Source: Patescibacteria group bacterium (GTDB lineage Bacteria; Patescibacteriota; Microgenomatia; PFEM01; JAHIFH01). Taken from it: DNA of 64,000 bases. The stretch lies in NCBI GenBank assembly GCA_035529375.1, contig DATKWU010000005.1, positions 521 to 64,520 on the forward strand. Direction: 5' to 3'. The notes under the pieces were generated by a model that ran no database searches, was not told where the DNA came from, and saw nothing but the letters and a program-made list of their open reading frames with translations. Shown here piece by piece: positions 1 to 16,044 of the stretch. Each line of letters starts with the position of its first letter. Within the stretch, counting starts at the first letter, position 1. Both the position numbers and the translations under genes were made by a program.

Positions 1-198
1 ATTGAAAAGTTCGTCAATACCTCTGGTTTAACTGGTTACCGCGCCATTTATATTAATAACGCTGATCAATCACCTAATATTGACATCTTTTTTGCTGTTT
101 CCAATGACCCTAATAAAGTCATCCATATCGCCAATGGTATCCTAGATCCAGAAATTTTTGAACGAATTGTTGACAGTCTTAACTACGAAGCTAAATAA
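1..198 (+). CDS. C-terminal fragment of an unidentified protein whose gene starts upstream of the window
   Basis: Frame 1 stays open from position 1 to TAA at 196-198 (...IEKFVNTSGLTGYRAIYINN...DSLNYEAK*). No recognisable motif. Confidence 0.4.
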   Translation: MEKFVNTSGLTGYRAIYINNADQSPNIDIFFAVSNDPNKVIHIANGILDPEIFERIVDSLNYEAK

Positions 199-201
199 AG
201 A

Positions 202-1887
202 TTAGCGAGATCTCATTTTATATTTTAAAATTAACCCCTTAATTCCCTCTCCTCTGGTCTGATGCCAACCATTATTTAAATAAAGTTGATTAGTTTTAAT
301 TTCCTGGCCATCAATGATTAACCTACCCTGGCTCTCTTTCTCTATCTGATATTCTCCTTCTGCTAAAATCTCAAACATCATCTCTTGATTACCGGAAAAA
401 ACAATCTTCTTGCCCACTACATAAAGATCGCCCAAGCCAGTCAGCAAATAATTCTGCTTTAAAAAATTGACATCTTCGGTTGCCAAGGTCCAAAAATTGC
501 TTTTATTCCAATAAATAAATTTAGTTTGATTTCTTCTTAATTCTTCTGTCAAACTAGGAAAGGGTTGAGAAAGACCGTGAACAAACAGCGGAAACGGTTC
601 GCAACAGTAAAAGTATCCAGGCTGGCGATAAAGATGATAGCCCGTCATGTCATAAACTGCATCGCCAGGTTCAGAAACTAACAAAATATTATTGACAATT
701 TGAAGCTGGCCTGTATTTTTCCATTTTGTTTGGACTCTTTCTGATTGCCAAAGACCAAAACAAGAAAGAGAAAAAAGCGACAACCAACCAATCAGCCAAA
801 GTAAACCAATTTTTTTCTGAAGCCAATGACCCAAATCAACCAAAAAGATAGCCGCCAATAAGCAAAGAATCACTAGTAAAGGCAAGTAGTTTTGTAAAAG
901 AGTGATGTAAATAAAAAAGAAAACCAAGAAAGCAAAGCCAAGAAAAGAAAAAATTAAAAATAAACTGATTAACTGATAACCTTTAAAAGCTGCTTGAAAA
1001 GCTTGTTTAATTAAACCTGCTACCCCTAAAAAAATAACGAAAATGGTCAAACACCAAGGCAAACTGCGGCCACCTAAACCATAAAAAGCATCATTGGGAA
1101 TAAAAGGAAAGATTGGGTCAAAAAACATTTTGCCATAACTTCGATTAATTTCATAAGGCAACAAGAAAACTGAATAAATTACTTTTGGAATATCACCTAA
1201 AAGAAAAGCAAATAAAAATAAAGCCAAAAAAGGAATTAAAACACCTAAATGAAAAAAGAAAAAATTCTCCCAGAGTTTTTTCCAGGTACCGCGACTAACA
1301 AAAAGCAGACCAGCGAATAAACCCAAATAACCAAAAGCGACTTTCATTAAAATCAAAAAAGCCAAACCATAGGTAAATCCAGCCATTAAAAGAAAAAGTC
1401 GCTTCTTCTTTTTCTTTTCTGCCATTAAAAGAAAAAGAAAAGAAGCTAACCAAAAGAGCAAGGAAAAATTATCAGGTCTAATTTCAATAGTTTTGCTTAA
1501 ATTAAGAGGCAAAAGAGCCCAGAAAAAAGCGGCCACAACCCCGGTTAAGCGATTAAAAGCTAAATTGCCAATATAAAAGAGAACTAAAAGAGTGGCCAAA
1601 AAAACCAGGAAATTAAGAGCCCGGGCAAAAAAAAGAACCACCACGCCTTCTTTTAAGAATAAAAATAAGGGGGCAAAATAGGCAATCAAGAAAGGCGAAA
1701 AAGAGTAACCAAAATCTCGATAAGGCATTTGACCTTGAGCCAGAAGATAAGACCGATACAAATGACGAAACTCGTCCTCATCAAAAAAACGATTCATGGC
1801 TAAATCAAACCGGAGAGCCAAGCAAAAAAGAATGGCGATGATTCCCAAAAAAACAACTAGGTTGTTAAAATTAAAGAATTTTTTCAT
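202..1887 (-). CDS. GT-C fold integral membrane glycosyltransferase, PMT/ArnT (GT39/GT83)-like
   Basis: 561 aa with about 12 hydrophobic helices. The first extracytoplasmic loop carries the acidic motif FDEDEFRH, matching the DE motif of PMT/ArnT-type GT-C enzymes. A C-terminal soluble domain of about 150 aa follows. Confidence 0.6.
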   Translation of the reverse strand: MKKFFNFNNLVVFLGIIAILFCLALRFDLAMNRFFDEDEFRHLYRSYLLAQGQMPYRDFGYSFSPFLIAYFAPLFLFLKEGVVVLFFARALNFLVFLATLLVLFYIGNLAFNRLTGVVAAFFWALLPLNLSKTIEIRPDNFSLLFWLASFLFLLMAEKKKKKRLFLLMAGFTYGLAFLILMKVAFGYLGLFAGLLFVSRGTWKKLWENFFFFHLGVLIPFLALFLFAFLLGDIPKVIYSVFLLPYEINRSYGKMFFDPIFPFIPNDAFYGLGGRSLPWCLTIFVIFLGVAGLIKQAFQAAFKGYQLISLFLIFSFLGFAFLVFFFIYITLLQNYLPLLVILCLLAAIFLVDLGHWLQKKIGLLWLIGWLSLFSLSCFGLWQSERVQTKWKNTGQLQIVNNILLVSEPGDAVYDMTGYHLYRQPGYFYCCEPFPLFVHGLSQPFPSLTEELRRNQTKFIYWNKSNFWTLATEDVNFLKQNYLLTGLGDLYVVGKKIVFSGNQEMMFEILAEGEYQIEKESQGRLIIDGQEIKTNQLYLNNGWHQTRGEGIKGLILKYKMRSR

Positions 1888-1957
1888 TAAAATGGATTTT
1901 ACTGGTTTGAAGCTTTTTTTTCAATCTGGTTCTGGTTTAAAATTTTTTGGTCAGATT

Positions 1958-1966
1958 TGCTACAAT
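1958..1966 (+). promoter_or_regulatory. Candidate extended -10 promoter (TGcTACAAT) for the downstream membrane-protein gene
   Basis: The sequence TGCTACAAT lies 8 nt upstream of the ATG at 1974. AGGAAAG sits between the -10 element and the ATG. The transcript may have a very short leader. Confidence 0.3.
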
Positions 1967-1973
1967 AGGAAAG

Positions 1974-3755
1974 ATGAAAAAACTTTTGATTCTCCTTTTT
2001 CTTGGTTTAATTATTCGCCTTTTCTTTATTCCCAACCCCGGTTTTGCGGCTGACATTGCTTATTGGAAATCCTGGAGTTTAGCCGCGGCTGAAAAAGGGA
2101 TTGTCTGGACCACTCTGGAAACCAATTACAATTACGCCCCCGCTTTTCTCTATTACCTAAAAGCCGTGGGTTCAACCTATCTTTTTTTAGCCCAGCCAAT
2201 AAATCTCCAAGCCTTTTGGCAAGCAACCAATCTCCTTTTTCTCCTTCTCATCAAGCTACTAGTCATTATTGTTGACTTACTGACCGCCTACGGCCTCTGG
2301 TGGCTTCTGGAAAAGCATTTAAAAACCAAAACACCCAAAAGAATAAACCTGCCTTTAATTGCCGCTGGATTTTACCTTTTTAATCCCTTCATCATTTTTA
2401 ATGGTGCCTACTGGGGTCAAGTCGGCTCAATCGGGACTGGTCTTCTCTTTTTAAGTTTAATTTTACTTTGGCAAAAGAAATCCCTCCGGGCCATTGGTGT
2501 CATTACCTTAGCTTTTCTTTTAAAACTCCAAATGCTTTTTTATCTTCCCCTCCTGCTTCTCTGGATTTTTAAAAAAGAGGGCTGGCAAAAATTAATTACC
2601 TCTTTAGGAACGATGACCATTGTTTTCTTTTTAGTTTGTTTGCCTTTTATCCTTAGTCATCATATGGAGAAAGTAACCACCTTGATTCTCGCTTCGGCTG
2701 ATTACTTTCCTTATCTTTCCTTAAATGCTTATAATCTCTGGTGGTTGTTTGCCAAAGGAGCTGGCTTTACGACCATCGACCGAATTCTTGTTTTTGGCAT
2801 CACTCCGGCAAAATTTATTGGCCTTTTTCTTTTCTTTGTTTTTTACCTTCTATCTTTAAGTCTTCTTTGGCAAAAAACCAATAAAAAAACCTTGATCAAA
2901 ACCTGCCTTTGGGTGGCTTTAGCTTTTTTTATGCTGCCCACCCAAATGCATGAGCGCTACATTTATCCTGCTTTTCTTTTTCTAGCCCTGATGATTCCAG
3001 AAATCAGTCAGCTTTACCAAGAAAAACCGCGATCTATTAAGTTATACTTTTACCTATTAATCATGACTCTATTACCCTTAACCTGCTTTTACAATCTCCA
3101 TAATGTTCTAGCGATTAACTATCCTCAATACGCTTTGTCCATCTTGGCTCAATTAAATTTTAACGAACTAACTCTAATCGTGGCAGGTATCCATTTAATC
3201 CTTTTTCTTGGCTTAAGTATCATCTTTATCAAAGAAATTAATCCCCGATTGAGCCTCACGATCCTCTCTATAGCAGCCTTTATTATTATTTCTAAACAAG
3301 CCGCCTTTCTCGCTACTAAAGAAATTCCTTTAACCAAAATTACGCCTATTTATCAAAAACAGGATTATGGCTTACCAATGAAAAATTTGACTGTTAATTC
3401 AGCTTGGGGACCAAAATCCTGGAGCTTTCTTTCTTCAAACTACTTTTTTTACCGTCAAGGGCTTGGTTCTCATGCCAATTCTCAAATTATTTACCCTCTT
3501 AACGGCCAATTTAAACGCTTTACTACTGATGTGGGCATTGACGCCGAAGCCGGTATTCAGGGAACAGTTGAGTTTAAAATTCTGGCTGATGGTCAGCTTC
3601 TTTATGAATCAGGCAAGGTAGGGAGATTCGATCTACCCCGCCACGCTGAAGTCAATATTGAAAAAGCCCAAAATCTTGAATTAATTATTACTGATGCTCA
3701 AGACGGCATTAATGATGACCATGCTGATTGGTTAAATCCAACCCTCTACAAATGA
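1974..3755 (+). CDS. Polytopic membrane protein (GT-C-like) with a C-terminal NPCBM/NEW2 carbohydrate-binding domain
   Basis: The track ORF begins at 1947. The preferred start is the Met at 1974 (MKKLLILLFLGL, preceded by AGGAAAG). At least 12 TM segments. The C-terminal ~110 aa (GIDAEAGIQGTVEFKILADGQLLYESGKVGRFD...DAQDGINDDHADWLNPTL) match the NPCBM domain signature (DxxDHADW) known from GH98-associated modules. Confidence 0.6.
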   Translation: MKKLLILLFLGLIIRLFFIPNPGFAADIAYWKSWSLAAAEKGIVWTTLETNYNYAPAFLYYLKAVGSTYLFLAQPINLQAFWQATNLLFLLLIKLLVIIVDLLTAYGLWWLLEKHLKTKTPKRINLPLIAAGFYLFNPFIIFNGAYWGQVGSIGTGLLFLSLILLWQKKSLRAIGVITLAFLLKLQMLFYLPLLLLWIFKKEGWQKLITSLGTMTIVFFLVCLPFILSHHMEKVTTLILASADYFPYLSLNAYNLWWLFAKGAGFTTIDRILVFGITPAKFIGLFLFFVFYLLSLSLLWQKTNKKTLIKTCLWVALAFFMLPTQMHERYIYPAFLFLALMIPEISQLYQEKPRSIKLYFYLLIMTLLPLTCFYNLHNVLAINYPQYALSILAQLNFNELTLIVAGIHLILFLGLSIIFIKEINPRLSLTILSIAAFIIISKQAAFLATKEIPLTKITPIYQKQDYGLPMKNLTVNSAWGPKSWSFLSSNYFFYRQGLGSHANSQIIYPLNGQFKRFTTDVGIDAEAGIQGTVEFKILADGQLLYESGKVGRFDLPRHAEVNIEKAQNLELIITDAQDGINDDHADWLNPTLYK

Positions 3756-6013
3756 AAGAAATAAAAAGAATAACCAAATTAATCCCTTTTCTTCTAATCA
3801 TCATCGCCATTGTCTTCAACCTCTGGACTTTGGTACCAGAACTTTATATTCAATCTGACCTCAATGACAATATCTTTCAACTTGGTCTAATTAACCGAAT
3901 GAATCAGGTTTGGGAAGAAGGTAATTTTTTAGATTTGATTGACCATTGGGTGCCCAACTGGGCTGATGGTTATCCTCTGCCTTTTTATTACTCCCATTTA
4001 CCCCATTTAGTCACAGTGGCGAGTTACAAACTTATTGAACCTTTTCTGCCCCTCCAATTCTTTGATTATTTTCATCTTCTCCAATATCTAATCCTTGTTT
4101 TTACTCCTCTGGCTTTTTATATTGGTGCTCGAAAATTCTGTTTCTCAAAATTAACTTCTGGCTTAATTGCTCTGTTTTCCTCCCAACTTTTAACTGATGG
4201 TCTTTACGGAATTGATGTCTCAAGCTATGTTTGGCGAGGCTACGGCCTTTCTTTACAAGCTTTAAGTGTTTTCTTCTTACCTTTGGCCCTTGGTTTTACT
4301 TGGCAAGCTGTCAAAGAAAATAAAAAATATCTGGTGGCAATTGGCTTTCTTGTCGCCTGTCTAGCTTCTCACCTCGCCACTGGTTATATTGGTCTTCTTT
4401 CTTGCTTGTTAATCCCTTTGGCCTTAGTCAAACTGCCTAAGAGAAACTGGCTTTCCTCTTGGCAAAAAGTCATTTCTAAACCTAAATGCATAAGTTTAAT
4501 TAAGAACTATATGCGTCTTTTGATTGTTTTCTCAATTACATTTATCTTCCTTTCCTACTGGTTCATACCCTTGTTTCTCAACAATCAATATCATGCTGTT
4601 AGTTTCTGGGACCCACCCAGTAAGTGGTTTTCTTATGGATTCGAGAGTGTTATCAATCTTTTCCTTAATGGTGATTTACTAGACTTTGGCCGCTTACCTA
4701 TCCTAACCTTCTTAACTATTCTTGGCTTCCTGATTGCGGCTTTTCGCGCTCAAAAGCCCAGGCATCGCTTTTTCTTTTTTCTTTTTCCTTTCTGGCTAAT
4801 TCTCTTTTTTGGCAAACCGTTTTTTGGAGACTTAATTAACCTCTTTCCCTTATTAAAGGACTATCATCTTCATCGTTTCATTATTGGTGTCCATCTAGCC
4901 AGTATTTTTCTTATTGGTATTGGCCTTAATTGGCTAATTACAAGAATTCTGAGGCTTAAATTTTCTCCTGATATAAATATATCTTTATGTATCGTTGTAA
5001 TTCTTATTATTTCTTTACCTGTCTTTCGCCAAACCTACAATTACCTTGATTTGAACAGAGAATGGCTTCCAGGAGCCAATCAAGAATTTATTGAAGATTG
5101 GGCTAACTTAGGCAAAATAGTCCAGAAGCTCAATGAGCTTCCCCGAGGACGAATTTACGCTGGTCGACCAGGCAATTGGGGCCGAAGTTTTAAAGCAGGA
5201 CCGACACCAGTCTATATGGCTCTCTCTGCCCGTGGTTTTGAAATTGGTGGCTTCTTGCCAGAAACTTGGTCCCTCAACTCTGATCCTGAACAATTCTTTA
5301 ATGAACAATTACCAGAGCACTACAATCTCTATAATATTCGCTATTTGGTTAGCCCCCTTGATTATTCAGTCCCTTCTTTTGCTGAAGAAATTATTAGTTA
5401 TGGCAACTACAAACTCTCTGAAATTGAAACAACTGGCTATTTTGACCTAGGTTACTCTGATCTTAATGTTCTCAGTTCAAAAGAAAACCTTTTTAACATT
5501 ACTCGTTCTTGGATTATTTCTCCTTGGGTAAAACAAAAACAATTCCCCGCCTTAATCTTAAAAGGCCAATCAGATGCCAGTTGGCAAATTAAAATGACTG
5601 ATGAAGCTAATTATCAAGCCCTTAATCAAGAATTTAATCTCTTCGTAAGTCCAGTCTTTAATCAAGAACAACCTTTTAAAATCAACCCTCAAGGAAAAAT
5701 TTTACAAGAAGAGATAAACTTCCAAGAATATGAGGCTAGTATTGAAATTGACGAAGCATGCCAAGATTGTTTAATTGTTTTTAAAATGACTTACCACCCT
5801 AACTGGCAAGCAACTATCGATAATCAACCTGTCCAAAAAATAATGGTCTTCCCGAGCTTTATGGCCACCAAAGTTAACCCTGGAAAACACCAAATTTCTT
5901 TTAAATATCAACCAGCTCTCATTAAACCCCTTCTTCTAACCTTAGCAATCGTCACGCTTATTATTTTCCTTCGCCTAAAAAAACGCCTGCTCTCGAACCG
6001 CCTCTTTACCTAA
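3752..6013 (+). CDS. Large polytopic membrane protein, YfhO/GT-C-like, with a C-terminal extracytoplasmic domain
   Basis: The preferred start ATG at 3752 overlaps the previous gene's stop as ATGA, suggesting translational coupling. The N-terminal half is rich in hydrophobic helices; the C-terminal ~300 aa are soluble. Confidence 0.5.
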   Translation: MKEIKRITKLIPFLLIIIAIVFNLWTLVPELYIQSDLNDNIFQLGLINRMNQVWEEGNFLDLIDHWVPNWADGYPLPFYYSHLPHLVTVASYKLIEPFLPLQFFDYFHLLQYLILVFTPLAFYIGARKFCFSKLTSGLIALFSSQLLTDGLYGIDVSSYVWRGYGLSLQALSVFFLPLALGFTWQAVKENKKYLVAIGFLVACLASHLATGYIGLLSCLLIPLALVKLPKRNWLSSWQKVISKPKCISLIKNYMRLLIVFSITFIFLSYWFIPLFLNNQYHAVSFWDPPSKWFSYGFESVINLFLNGDLLDFGRLPILTFLTILGFLIAAFRAQKPRHRFFFFLFPFWLILFFGKPFFGDLINLFPLLKDYHLHRFIIGVHLASIFLIGIGLNWLITRILRLKFSPDINISLCIVVILIISLPVFRQTYNYLDLNREWLPGANQEFIEDWANLGKIVQKLNELPRGRIYAGRPGNWGRSFKAGPTPVYMALSARGFEIGGFLPETWSLNSDPEQFFNEQLPEHYNLYNIRYLVSPLDYSVPSFAEEIISYGNYKLSEIETTGYFDLGYSDLNVLSSKENLFNITRSWIISPWVKQKQFPALILKGQSDASWQIKMTDEANYQALNQEFNLFVSPVFNQEQPFKINPQGKILQEEINFQEYEASIEIDEACQDCLIVFKMTYHPNWQATIDNQPVQKIMVFPSFMATKVNPGKHQISFKYQPALIKPLLLTLAIVTLIIFLRLKKRLLSNRLFT

Positions 6014-6606
6014 TAAATAAATCAAAATATTACTTAAAAAATCAATAAACGCAGGCTTTAATTAAGAAAAAAACAACTACTAGAGGACTTGTTGAATAAA
6101 CTGTCGCAAAACAATAATTTCTTCTATTAAAAAACTATTAGACTAAAGCTTTAACCTAAAAATGGCGCTTTTATTAATTAATCACTTCTTTAGCAAACAA
6201 GGAAAAAGGTCGCTAATTTAAACACTTTTCGAGATACTCTAGGATAGATATATAAACGAACCATCTTTGTTAATATTTTTAGAAATTGTTAAAGGAATTT
6301 ATCTACTTCATTAATAACTGAGATTACTTTTTAAACAAATGAGCTTCTTTAGTCACAATAAAAACTAACCAACAATTCTATAGGTTTACTTTATTTTAAA
6401 ATGACTCTTTTATATCAAAACATATCAAGTTCTCCTCGGCTAAAATATTTTTAACCTTGATATACTATGCAATCTTATGACAGATTAATTAGGTAATTTT
6501 GCGGTAATTATTATTCGTGTGAATCTTTATGAAAATCTTTACAAAGACTTTTATTACCCTCCTTTATACCTGATCTAAATAGGTCAAACTCTACAAAAAT
6601 TGCCTC

Positions 6607-6636
6607 TTGACAAGTATCTCCAGCCCTTATTATAGT
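6607..6636 (+). promoter_or_regulatory. Candidate sigma70-like promoter (TTGACA-18-TATAGT) in an 815-bp AT-rich noncoding stretch
   Basis: TTGACA at 6607-6612 and TATAGT at 6631-6636. Further TATAAT-like hexamers lie at 6648-6662. The site is about 200 nt upstream of the ORF at 6829. Confidence 0.25.
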
Positions 6637-6828
6637 AGTTTTGTTCTTATAATTTAGTATAATCTTTTATAATTTGAAGCTAAATTAAGTTTGCGGGAAT
6701 TTTCAAAAATGACAAAATATAGCCAACATTATTCTTTCGAAAAATCAAAAAACTTTACTGGTCTTGCTGAGGTTTTCGTAGCTCTCCTAATTTTCAGTTG
6801 TGCTTTTATTTGGCTCTTTCTTTAAAAC

Positions 6829-7293
6829 ATGGACCTGCCCAAACTCTTTCGCTCCTATCTTGAATCACAAAAGGTTTCTTCTGTCACCATCAAAAATTAT
6901 GTGGCCGACATTAACAACTTTCTTAACTGGTTAACAAAGAAAACAGGAATCAAATATCAAGTCGCCGGTAAAGGAATTTTTAATCTTTTTAACCAACAAA
7001 CAATTGAAGAATATAAAACTGATTTAATTGCCAAAAATACTCCCCTGTCGACGATCAACCGTCGTCTTTCAGCTCTAAGAAAATTTGGTTATCTTGGTCT
7101 TAGTCAAGGATGGCTAAATAAAAATGAGCTTTCTCAAGTAAAAAATCTTCGTTTTTCAACCAAACATCCCTACCAAGGAGTCCTCATTAAATTTAAAAGA
7201 CATCTAGAAAGACAAGAAGCCAGTCAAATAACCATTAATAACTATCTTTCAGATTTAAGGCACTTTTTAAGTTGGTTGGAATTAAAAACGTAG
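6829..7293 (+). CDS. Protein made of two tandem tyrosine-recombinase N-terminal SAM-like (core-binding) domains, with no catalytic domain
   Basis: Two repeats, each resembling the XerD/phage-integrase N-terminal domain (NYVADINNFLNWL...[17 protein letters not shown] and NNYLSDLRHFLSWLE). The stretch [12 protein letters not shown] is almost identical to the N-terminus of the downstream 2122-aa protein. Confidence 0.6.
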   Translation: MDLPKLFRSYLESQKVSSVTIKNYVADINNFLNWLTKKTGIKYQVAGKGIFNLFNQQTIEEYKTDLIAKNTPLSTINRRLSALRKFGYLGLSQGWLNKNELSQVKNLRFSTKHPYQGVLIKFKRHLERQEASQITINNYLSDLRHFLSWLELKT

Positions 7294-7305
7294 CTTAACA
7301 AAACT

Positions 7306-13803
<6,498 letters not shown>

Positions 13804-13826
13804 ATCAAAGCTATAATTGAGAAGTT

Positions 13827-15788
13827 ATGGAAAATAAAATAATTTGGGATATAGAAAAAATCATGGGTTGGTTAATCATCAGCTTAGCTTTTCTCTTGCC
13901 AATCTTTTTCCTGCCAATTACAATCGATTTTTATGAGTTTAATAAACAAACTCTTTTGATTGTTTTTACTAGCCTCCTCCTAATCCTTTGGTTGATAAAA
14001 ATGGTTTTGAACCAAAAGCTTGTTTTCCGAAGATCACCTTTAGATCTTCCTCTTCTTCTTTTAATGATCGCTTTTATCATTGCTAGCTTAATGACTAAAA
14101 CTCACAAGACTATTCCCTTTTTGGCATCAACCGGCACAGGTACAATCATTAGCTTAACGCTTATCTACTTTATAATCACTAACAATTTAAAATCTAAATT
14201 TCTCCCTTATTTATTTTCAAGTCTAATTATCAGTGCTGTTTTTCTTTCACTAGCCACTCTCTATCAATCTTCTGGTCTGACAAGCTCTTTCACTAATCTT
14301 CCTTGGCTAGAAGATAAATGGTTTACTCCTCTTGGTAGTATACTAATTCTAATTTCGTTTCTTTTTCTTGGCTTAATCCTTACCCTTTACCTCTTCGTTA
14401 AGCAACTTAATAAAAAAGAATATTTAATAACATTTCTAACTGGTGGCGCTTGTTTCATTATTACCTTAAGCTTGATTTTAAGTATCCATAACCTAACTCC
14501 AGAACTAGGTAAAGATTTTGCTTTTCTCTCTTACCGAGATAGTTGGATTATTAGCATTGAATCTCTTAAAACCAATCCTCTTTTTGGAGTTGGCCCAGGT
14601 AATTATATTTCTGCTTTTAGTCGCTTTAAACCTTTAAGTTTTAATCAAAATGACTTCTGGAATTTCCGTTTTGATCGAGCAATAATCTATCCCCTTGACT
14701 TATTAACGACTGGTGGTTTATTAGTCTTTTTTGCTTACTTATTTTTAATAATTAAAATCGGTCTTCTCTTTTTTAAAAGTTACCAACAAAGAAAAGAAAA
14801 CCAAAGATTACTTTTAATTATCCTGGCTATTACCCTTATTATTCCCTGGTTGATTGGAATTAACTTAGTTATTCTCAGTTTAACCTACATCTTGTTAGCT
14901 TTTTTCAATCTCAAGCCTGAGGAAACAAAACAACTATCTTTCTCCTCAAAAAAAATCCCGCCTATTATCTTAACTGTTGGCTTAGCAATTATTCTCTTTT
15001 TTGTTTATCTCTGGGGGCGAATTTATGTCGCCGAAATTGTTTTTACACAATCACTTGATTCCTTAGCTAAAAATCAAGGCATCCCTACCTACAATCAACA
15101 AATTAGGGCGATTAAACTCAATCCCTATTCACCTCTTTATCGTCGCGTTTATTCTCAAACCAATCTTATTCTTGCCTTTGCTCTAGTTAACCAACCAGAT
15201 CAAGCCAGCCGAGACTGGGATAAAATAACTAGTTTGTTCCAACAAACAGTGAGAGAAGCCAAAATTGCCACTGTTCTTAACCCGACTGATGCGGTTAATT
15301 GGGAAAATCTAGCTCAAACTTATCGCAGTCTTCTTAGATTTGCTGATAAGTCTGATCAATGGGCCATTACTAGTTACCAACAAGCAATTATTAATGATCC
15401 TCTTAACCCTCAAATTCGCATCGAATTAGGCGGACTCCACTATAGTCTTGAGGATTTTGAACAAGCGACTCGTCAATTTGAAATCGCCGTTTCTCTTAAA
15501 TCAGATTATGCTAACGCTTATTATAATCTCTCCGCCACTTACCGAGAAAGAGAAATGTATCAGGAAGCTTATAACGCTATGCAAAATGTGGTTAATTTAG
15601 TTGATCCTAATTCAACTGACTACCAAAAAGCTAAGAATGAATTAGAGGCTTTAGCTAAAGAATTACCCCAACAACAAGAAAAAGCTGTTTCTCCTGAAAC
15701 AGAAGAGTCTAGCTTAACTGAACCCTCGCCTTTACCTTCACCAATAACTCAACCACTAATCAACTTATCAGAAGAATCATCTCCCTAA
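13827..15788 (+). CDS. O-antigen ligase (Wzy_C)-like polytopic membrane protein with C-terminal TPR repeats
   Basis: 653 aa. About 12 TM helices over the first 400 aa. The C-terminal ~200 aa carry TPR-like repeats (YANAYYNLSATYREREMYQEAYNAMQNV). Likely co-transcribed with the giant gene (23-nt gap). Confidence 0.55.
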   Translation: MENKIIWDIEKIMGWLIISLAFLLPIFFLPITIDFYEFNKQTLLIVFTSLLLILWLIKMVLNQKLVFRRSPLDLPLLLLMIAFIIASLMTKTHKTIPFLASTGTGTIISLTLIYFIITNNLKSKFLPYLFSSLIISAVFLSLATLYQSSGLTSSFTNLPWLEDKWFTPLGSILILISFLFLGLILTLYLFVKQLNKKEYLITFLTGGACFIITLSLILSIHNLTPELGKDFAFLSYRDSWIISIESLKTNPLFGVGPGNYISAFSRFKPLSFNQNDFWNFRFDRAIIYPLDLLTTGGLLVFFAYLFLIIKIGLLFFKSYQQRKENQRLLLIILAITLIIPWLIGINLVILSLTYILLAFFNLKPEETKQLSFSSKKIPPIILTVGLAIILFFVYLWGRIYVAEIVFTQSLDSLAKNQGIPTYNQQIRAIKLNPYSPLYRRVYSQTNLILAFALVNQPDQASRDWDKITSLFQQTVREAKIATVLNPTDAVNWENLAQTYRSLLRFADKSDQWAITSYQQAIINDPLNPQIRIELGGLHYSLEDFEQATRQFEIAVSLKSDYANAYYNLSATYREREMYQEAYNAMQNVVNLVDPNSTDYQKAKNELEALAKELPQQQEKAVSPETEESSLTEPSPLPSPITQPLINLSEESSP

Positions 15789-15832
15789 AGTAGAATTTTT
15801 AAGGTTTCAATGTTAAAATTAAAGTAAGTATT

Positions 15833-15906
15833 GGGCCTGTAGCTCAGTTGGCTAGAGCGTCGCATTCGCATTGCGGAGGTCGAGGGTTCGACTCCCTCCA
15901 GGTCCA
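15833..15906 (+). tRNA. tRNA-Ala (anticodon CGC)
   Basis: Cloverleaf folded by eye. Acceptor GGGCCTG/CAGGTCC with G3:U70. Anticodon loop TTCGCAT. T-arm GAGGG-TTCGACT-CCCTC. No encoded CCA. Confidence 0.85.
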
Positions 15907-15910
15907 CTCT

Positions 15911-15984
15911 GGGCCGTTAGCTCAGTTGGCTAGAGCGTCTGCATGGCATGCAGAAGGTCGCGGGTTCGACTCCCGCACGGTCCA
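15911..15984 (+). tRNA. tRNA-Ala (anticodon GGC)
   Basis: Acceptor GGGCCGT/ACGGTCC with G3:U70. Anticodon stem TCTGC/GCAGA, loop ATGGCAT. Lies 4 nt after the preceding tRNA-Ala. Confidence 0.85.
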
Positions 15985-16044
15985 CTTAAAAGTAACTTCT
16001 AGGCTTTTTGTTATAGGAAAAAACGAAAAAATAAGAGAATATTA

